Made by a program: the position numbers and the translations under genes. Shown one piece after another: positions 58,956 through 64,000 of a DNA stretch of 64,000 nucleotides (positions are counted from its first letter, which is position 1; the number at the start of each line of letters is the position of its first letter). The notes below the pieces were generated by a model. That model was given only the letters and a program-made list of their open reading frames with translations. It was not told the origin of the DNA and did no database searches. The stretch lies in the IMG/VR virus record IMGVR_UViG_3300036546_000248; one strand, 5' to 3'. This DNA comes from a virus. Taxonomy: Duplodnaviria; Caudoviricetes.

Positions 58956-59964
58956 ACAACGTCTTGAAATCACTCTGGACATGTTTCGTGGCTGTGCTCA
59001 CAGCTGTAGTGGATGTATGGTTGATCGTACACTTGGTGGTGCGGTCGACGACTTAGTGCCGTTACAAGCACTGTTGCAGGAAATGGTTGCAGCTGGCTTT
59101 GTGGCCTTCGACGTAGGGATTGGTCCTACTGACTTTATGTCAGCTGATAACGTTGATGAGCTGATGTATCACCCGGTGTTTCAAGAGATCGCTCAGATGT
59201 TTGAGCAGGTCACTTTTCAAACCGCACTGTTGGATAAGAACTTCGACAACTACACTGAGATGTGTCGGATAGTCGATGAAACCTGTCCGGGCAAAGCGAT
59301 TCGTTTTTTGATTCCAGGTGCACCGGATTTTTTCAAGACGCGAAAGTTCGGCGACATGGTGGTGAAGAAACTCAACCATGTCAAGAGCACTCTGAAGTCT
59401 GCGTACTTGAACGAAGCAGGTTTTGTGATCAATTGTACTCGAGATACTGTGGGTGAGCAATTTGATACATCTTTACATCGTATGTTCGATGTTGAGTTTC
59501 CTGTCGACAAAGACGACATCCTGAACATCCCGTACGGACGTAGTAAAAGTATCGACATCATGCTTGGGCAGAACGTGAAAACAATCAGTCACCGCATCAG
59601 TCAGTACTACACAACCTTGGATGTAGACAACGAGCGTTTCCGTAATCCTGATCGTCATGAAGACACAGGAACCATGCAGAACCTACTCTACACCGACGGA
59701 AAGTTGTATTGGGTACCGTTCTTAAAGGATGACTTCGCTTTTTTGAATGATGCTTTCGTGATCCCAAGACCATGGACCATGGATGCGGTTCTCACAGCGC
59801 GTACGGCGGCTATACAGAAGAGCTTGGACTTCCTACAAGGTACTGAATGTCTGAGTTGTCCGTTGTTGCCCAGTTGTTCTGAGAAAGGCATCACCACCAT
59901 CATGCGTATGTTGTCAGTACGTGACTGTATTGTGGGAGATGAGCATGTTCGTAGCCCAGAGTGA
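58939..59964 (+). CDS. divergent radical SAM-like protein 5
   Basis: CAHSCSGC near the N-terminus, GPTD in place of GGE, C-terminal CLSCPLLPSC..C. Confidence 0.7.
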   Translation: MFVQHRQRLEITLDMFRGCAHSCSGCMVDRTLGGAVDDLVPLQALLQEMVAAGFVAFDVGIGPTDFMSADNVDELMYHPVFQEIAQMFEQVTFQTALLDKNFDNYTEMCRIVDETCPGKAIRFLIPGAPDFFKTRKFGDMVVKKLNHVKSTLKSAYLNEAGFVINCTRDTVGEQFDTSLHRMFDVEFPVDKDDILNIPYGRSKSIDIMLGQNVKTISHRISQYYTTLDVDNERFRNPDRHEDTGTMQNLLYTDGKLYWVPFLKDDFAFLNDAFVIPRPWTMDAVLTARTAAIQKSLDFLQGTECLSCPLLPSCSEKGITTIMRMLSVRDCIVGDEHVRSPE

Positions 59965-60985
59965 TGAGGCCTTTAACATCCAGCTGGAGATTTTAAAGGA
60001 CTGCGGTTATTCGTGTCAGGACTGTGCCATCGACAAAAGCAAAACCAGTGATTACATGCGAGTCGGGGATGATGACTTGTTAATCCGAGCGGCCGACGAG
60101 TTTAAGGACCACGGCTTTCGGTTACATGAATTTACCCTAGGTCCAACTGACATCATCTCCTCAAAGTCCGGTTTGGGGATCTTTGATCGCTACGTCGTGA
60201 AGGAATTGACGCAGCGTTATGATTCACTCACTGTGTCCTTGGCGTTGTTGTTTGATCGTCAGTTAGTGGAGTTGGCACGCACAGTTGATCGTGTGATGCG
60301 GGGCAAGAAGTTTCGACTGATTGTCCCACTCACCATTCGTAATGCCCACAACGAGAAGTTCTTGAACCTGATTCGTCAGCGGATTAAAGTCATCAAGGAC
60401 AACTTGTTTGAGACTGATTTTTATATGGTCTATATCGGCATTAATATGGTCAACGCTTCGGCTGAAGCATTTAACTTCGACAACAACAAACTGGTTCACG
60501 ATCTGGATGTTGGGGTTCACCAGACGGTGGAGTACAACTTCCCTCATTCCCGAATGGGGTTAGAACAACACCGTGCGGCGTTCTTAAACGACCTTCAAGC
60601 GTTTATTAACGGTCTACACGAAACAGTAGACCGTGACGCTAACTACAACCGGTTTCTGGTTCCTAATATCAAAGACAGCATTGAGACCATCTACTACCAA
60701 GGTGATCTTTATTATGTCCCAAGCTTAATCGAAAAGTTCCCGTTGTTCGAACCTACGTTTAAGTTAGCCAGACCCTACTCGATGTCAAGCGTCTTACAAT
60801 TTAAGTACGACCTCTACACCGAGAACCTGTTGGAGTATAGCGACAAGCAACCCTGTTCCGATTGTTGTTTTGTTGATGAGTGTGCCCGTGGTGACATACA
60901 TGTCATCATGCGTAAACTTAACCACAATCAATGTTTACTTGACATGAAAAACAGGTGGGATCAACCTACCCCAAGGATTCGTTAG
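59945..60985 (+). CDS. divergent radical SAM-like protein 6
   Basis: CGYSCQDC, GPTD, C-terminal CSDCCFVDEC..C; paralog of protein 5; start placed at MFVAQ. Confidence 0.7.
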   Translation: MFVAQSDEAFNIQLEILKDCGYSCQDCAIDKSKTSDYMRVGDDDLLIRAADEFKDHGFRLHEFTLGPTDIISSKSGLGIFDRYVVKELTQRYDSLTVSLALLFDRQLVELARTVDRVMRGKKFRLIVPLTIRNAHNEKFLNLIRQRIKVIKDNLFETDFYMVYIGINMVNASAEAFNFDNNKLVHDLDVGVHQTVEYNFPHSRMGLEQHRAAFLNDLQAFINGLHETVDRDANYNRFLVPNIKDSIETIYYQGDLYYVPSLIEKFPLFEPTFKLARPYSMSSVLQFKYDLYTENLLEYSDKQPCSDCCFVDECARGDIHVIMRKLNHNQCLLDMKNRWDQPTPRIR

Positions 60986-61435
60986 ATGTCCACTCAACCC
61001 CCTTATAAAGAATATCAGTACCTGTATCGGGAGCTGGTAGAAGAACACGACGATGCGATCGACAAAGTTCCATCCGTTGTGACAGAAAACACCCTCGAGG
61101 AAAAACTACGAGGGGCTATGGCGTACTTTGAAGCACAAAGCTTTCCCATTATCTATCCTGGCAAAAGCTATGGGGTGGCTGTGGTGTACGCCTATCACAT
61201 CTTGCGTGATTACAACATTCCAGTACTTGAGACGTTAAACGAGTCGGACTTGTTCTTAGGTGAGGACCCCTACTTTGTGGTCTATCAGGACGATCCTGAA
61301 ACTTATGACCGGTTACTGGAAAAACTCCAACCCCTAGGTGACATTACCGAGTTAGGCTGGGCGAAGCAAACCAGCGAGTACTATCGTTTGGAATGTACCG
61401 CCGAGGGCTTGGCTGAAGTCATGGCGCGAGGTTAA
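60986..61435 (+). CDS. hypothetical protein in the radical SAM cluster
   Basis: 149-aa acidic, Tyr-rich ORF abutting rSAM6. Confidence 0.8.
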   Translation: MSTQPPYKEYQYLYRELVEEHDDAIDKVPSVVTENTLEEKLRGAMAYFEAQSFPIIYPGKSYGVAVVYAYHILRDYNIPVLETLNESDLFLGEDPYFVVYQDDPETYDRLLEKLQPLGDITELGWAKQTSEYYRLECTAEGLAEVMARG

Positions 61436-61436
61436 G

Positions 61437-61997
61437 GTGAATACATATATCAATCCTTGGAACATCGTTGTTGGCCGTATCAATGTAGCTGACCAGTTTG
61501 ACATGAAAGAATTCTACGATGAAGTCTTTCTGCTTCAAGCTATGGCCGGACAAGAAGACCCCTCTCAAGAACGTTTGGACCCTGAGCTACTACCGACCCT
61601 GATGAACATGCGCGATAACGTCGTCACACCGGCTGTAGTACAGTACGCTCAAGATGTTTGGGAGTACACGATCCCGAAGATCGAAGTTGAGACCAATGCC
61701 AAGTGGATTCCAGAAGGTGAGGGTTTGTTTCCTCATTACCACGCTGGTAGTTGTCTGTCCGCTATCTGCTATCCTCAAGACTCTGAGTCGGGGATTAACT
61801 TCTTTGATCCTCGTGGACATGCCTGTCGAGGGTATCCAAAAGAGATTCGTGATCGGTTCTTTGCGGCATGGAAAGTCTCACCCAGAGCTGGCGACATCTA
61901 CATCTTTCCAAGTTACATACAGCACAGTGTTTCTTATGTAAAAGAAGACGTACGGCTGTCTTTGCTTCACGAATACTACCTGCGTGAAAACGTATAA
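61437..61997 (+). CDS. Fe(II)/2OG oxygenase (TIGR02466/PF13759-like) A
   Basis: PHYH..S.LS.I.YP, F.DPRG, P.AGDIYIFPSYIQHSV, RLSL. Confidence 0.8.
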   Translation: MNTYINPWNIVVGRINVADQFDMKEFYDEVFLLQAMAGQEDPSQERLDPELLPTLMNMRDNVVTPAVVQYAQDVWEYTIPKIEVETNAKWIPEGEGLFPHYHAGSCLSAICYPQDSESGINFFDPRGHACRGYPKEIRDRFFAAWKVSPRAGDIYIFPSYIQHSVSYVKEDVRLSLLHEYYLRENV

Positions 61998-62017
61998 CTC
62001 ATAAGGAAAAATTCAAC

Positions 62018-62572
62018 ATGCAAATGCAACTCCTCACTCCTTGGGCTATTCAGATCGGTCGCGTCAATTTGAAAGAACTCATCGATGCTGACGCCATCGC
62101 CACTGAGATCCACACCCTACACCTGGTTTCGCCACGAGAGTCCACCATTCCGTATGAAGTCAACGAGCAAGAGTTTCCAGTGATCTGTGCGGCCCGCGAC
62201 ACGGTAATCGAAAAAGCCGTACGCGAATTCATTGTTAAGGTTTTTGCCCACTCTCCAAAGAACCTCAAAATCGATACCTTCGGTAAAGCATTCGAGAAAT
62301 ACGAAGGGCTAGATGCCCATCTTCACGGTAACAGTAACGTGACCACGGTGTACTATCCGTACGCCAGTGATAGTGGCATTCGCTTTTTCGATCCTCGGGG
62401 CAATGCCTCTCGCGGCTATCCACGAAGCATTCGCGATAGCCATTTCGGGGAGTTGTACATTCAACCCGAAGCCGGCGATCTGTTGATCGTACCGAGTTAC
62501 GTACAGCACAGTGTGGCCCACGCTACTGAAGATGTACGTCTCTCGTTGGTCAATGATTTCTTCTTCGATTGA
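62018..62572 (+). CDS. Fe(II)/2OG oxygenase (TIGR02466/PF13759-like) B
   Basis: AHLH..S.VT.VYYP, F.DPRG, P.AGDLLIVPSYVQHSV, RLSL; tandem paralog of A. Confidence 0.8.
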   Translation: MQMQLLTPWAIQIGRVNLKELIDADAIATEIHTLHLVSPRESTIPYEVNEQEFPVICAARDTVIEKAVREFIVKVFAHSPKNLKIDTFGKAFEKYEGLDAHLHGNSNVTTVYYPYASDSGIRFFDPRGNASRGYPRSIRDSHFGELYIQPEAGDLLIVPSYVQHSVAHATEDVRLSLVNDFFFD

Positions 62573-62582
62573 CTATTATCCC

Positions 62583-62617
62583 AGGGAGGCTTCGGCCTCC
62601 CTAGGCTTTTATGCCCG
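62583..62617 (+). terminator. GC hairpin followed by TTTTATGCCCG
   Basis: AGGGAGGC-TTCG-GCCTCCCT at the right border of the cluster. Confidence 0.75.
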
Positions 62618-62648
62618 GTATCTTATGAGACTGTGAGGAGGTCCCTTT

Positions 62649-63149
62649 ATGAAACTTAAGTTTAATGGGGTGTGGAAACAAAGTTTACTGAGGATTAAAC
62701 ACCTCGGTGCTTGGCGCTCACCTTACAGAACCATGATAAAGCGCAATGGTGTGTGGAAAGACGATCACCTAAGAGGGATGTTGAACAGTCTGTATAACGG
62801 CACGGTTAACGTAGGTTCCTCAGTTGGTTGGGACTACACCGCGTATGGATGGTTGGTTAATGGCTTTGGTACAACCAACAGCAACACCACCAAGTTCGTA
62901 AACAAGGTAGGAGCAATTATCACGGGAACCAAGCCCTACTATAACTCACCACCTTTTCAATGGTTGGAGATGGCTGTAGAGGGAGATTTGATGGGGGTGG
63001 CTAATCAGATTGGCGATATCACAGTAAATGGTATCGCTGGTCGGTTGGTGAGTATCAGTAACGGTAATAGTGCAGGTGCCAGTACCTTTATTGGTTGGGT
63101 GTTTGATCAACCCCTTCCTACTTCTGGACAATGGATCATCAATACTTAA
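62649..63149 (+). CDS. putative tail-associated protein with Trp-repeat N-terminus
   Basis: MKLKFNGVWKQ..KHLGAWRS..KRNGVWKD resembles the N-termini of 44688 and 45345; Gly/Asn-rich beta C-domain. Confidence 0.6.
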   Translation: MKLKFNGVWKQSLLRIKHLGAWRSPYRTMIKRNGVWKDDHLRGMLNSLYNGTVNVGSSVGWDYTAYGWLVNGFGTTNSNTTKFVNKVGAIITGTKPYYNSPPFQWLEMAVEGDLMGVANQIGDITVNGIAGRLVSISNGNSAGASTFIGWVFDQPLPTSGQWIINT

Positions 63150-63164
63150 CGTGGAGAAACAAGA

Positions 63165-63875
63165 ATGTCTGTAACTAAAGAAACCTTGAAAGACCTGCAA
63201 CGCAACATGAAAGCGTTGGGTTTTTACACCGGTCTGATTGATGGTTCGTGGGGACCGCTGTCACACGGCGCTTTCACCAATGCACGCCGGTCGGTGGTCG
63301 GTAAGAAGACTGTGCCGGAAGGGATGACTCCGCTGCTCTTTGCTTACTGTAAAGCAACGGCGTGGTCAACTAAGGTCAGTGATCGTTTCGTCAAGCGTGT
63401 GAATGAGATCGCGACACTGCTCCAACTGGGCACGCAAGGTCCGGATCAGCTGATGGCCTGTATGGCGTTCGAGACTGGAGAAACTTTCAGCCCTTCGATC
63501 AAGAACGGCGCCGGTGCACCTTACTACGGCCTGATCCAGTTTGGTGCTGCTGCGGCTAAGGACGTAGGAACGACTACTGAGAAGCTCGTGAAGATGTCTG
63601 CCGAAGAACAGCTCGAGTACGTTTACAAGTTCTTCAAACCGTATACCGGTAAGATCAAAACCACGAGTGACATTTATTTACGCATCCTCTATCCGGTAGC
63701 CGTTGGCAAACCCGAGGATTACGTACTCTTCGTCGAAGGGAAGGGCAAAGCCTATATCCAGAATCGGGGACTTGATGCCAATAAGGACGGCAAAATCACG
63801 AAGGGTGAGGCAGCAGCCAAAGTAGAACAAAAGTTGGTATTGGGTCTACACCCAAGGAACCTTCGGGTAAAATAA
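63165..63875 (+). CDS. endolysin: peptidoglycan-binding domain plus lysozyme-fold catalytic domain
   Basis: LQRNMKALGFYTG.IDG.WG..S (PG_binding_1); LMACMAFET..FSP..YYGLIQF; Y..N.GLD.NKDG.IT..E. Confidence 0.8.
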   Translation: MSVTKETLKDLQRNMKALGFYTGLIDGSWGPLSHGAFTNARRSVVGKKTVPEGMTPLLFAYCKATAWSTKVSDRFVKRVNEIATLLQLGTQGPDQLMACMAFETGETFSPSIKNGAGAPYYGLIQFGAAAAKDVGTTTEKLVKMSAEEQLEYVYKFFKPYTGKIKTTSDIYLRILYPVAVGKPEDYVLFVEGKGKAYIQNRGLDANKDGKITKGEAAAKVEQKLVLGLHPRNLRVK

Positions 63876-63922
63876 AAAAAAAAAATAAGCTAAGACCTAC
63901 ACGGGGCCAAAGCCCCGTGTAG
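63876..63922 (-). terminator. intrinsic terminator (minus strand, possibly bidirectional)
   Basis: CTACACGGGGC-CAAA-GCCCCGTGTAG preceded on + by a poly-A run. Confidence 0.75.
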
Positions 63923-63927
63923 TGTTC

Positions 63928-64000
63928 TTATGTTGCTTCATTGGCCGATTGCTTTGTTAGGTAATCTATAGCCTCTTCTGGAGACATTCCTTTCAACAGT
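63928..64000 (-). CDS. 3' end of a gene truncated by the window edge
   Basis: open frame LLKGMSPEEAIDYLTKQSANEAT* ending just before the terminator. Confidence 0.55.
   Translation of the reverse strand, partial: LLKGMSPEEAIDYLTKQSANEAT

Noticed and set aside
51951-62572. radical SAM cluster as DNA hypermodification, queuosine, or cofactor (PQQ/heme/MoCo) biosynthesis
   Set aside because: No companion genes (QueC/D/FolE, DpdA, kinases, thymidylate synthase, PqqB/C, MoaC) are visible. This reading is disfavoured rather than excluded, since partners could lie outside the window.
63961-63968. TAGATTAC, a near-match to the early promoter
   Set aside because: It falls inside the coding end of a minus-strand gene (..AIDY..) and lacks the upstream AT-rich element.
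1-64000. tRNA, rRNA, integrase or transposase genes
   Set aside because: I recognised no cloverleaf/T-loop patterns in the short intergenic gaps and no recombinase or DDE motifs; a tRNAscan run would be needed to be certain.

Overview
This 64-kb window is from a phiKZ-like jumbo phage (Chimalliviridae-type). The assignment rests on recognisable homologs: prohead protease, split virion RNA polymerase subunits (beta-N, beta-prime-N with ADYDGD, beta-C), a giant tail protein with a lytic transglycosylase, UvsX, RNase H, SbcC, central spike plus PAAR tip, NPH-repeat tail fibres and an endolysin. The standout is a 10.6-kb accessory block (51951-62572) between the tail-fibre genes and the endolysin. 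It encodes six radical SAM/SPASM-type proteins, three Fe(II)/2OG-type oxygenases, three unknown proteins and a 179-aa protein ending in CHTSCHSNCNCNRGRR. This looks like a phage-encoded post-translational modification pathway with a built-in candidate substrate. Other notable items: (1) about 13 intergenic GC hairpins followed by a TATG(C/T/A)C motif instead of a U-tract; (2) a GIY-YIG homing endonuclease fused in frame to a conserved phage domain; (3) a second, YkuD/DUF5675-like wall-enzyme domain in the tail protein; (4) three small proteins sharing a Trp-repeat N-terminal module. All family assignments come from motifs read by eye and recalled knowledge; no database searches were run.
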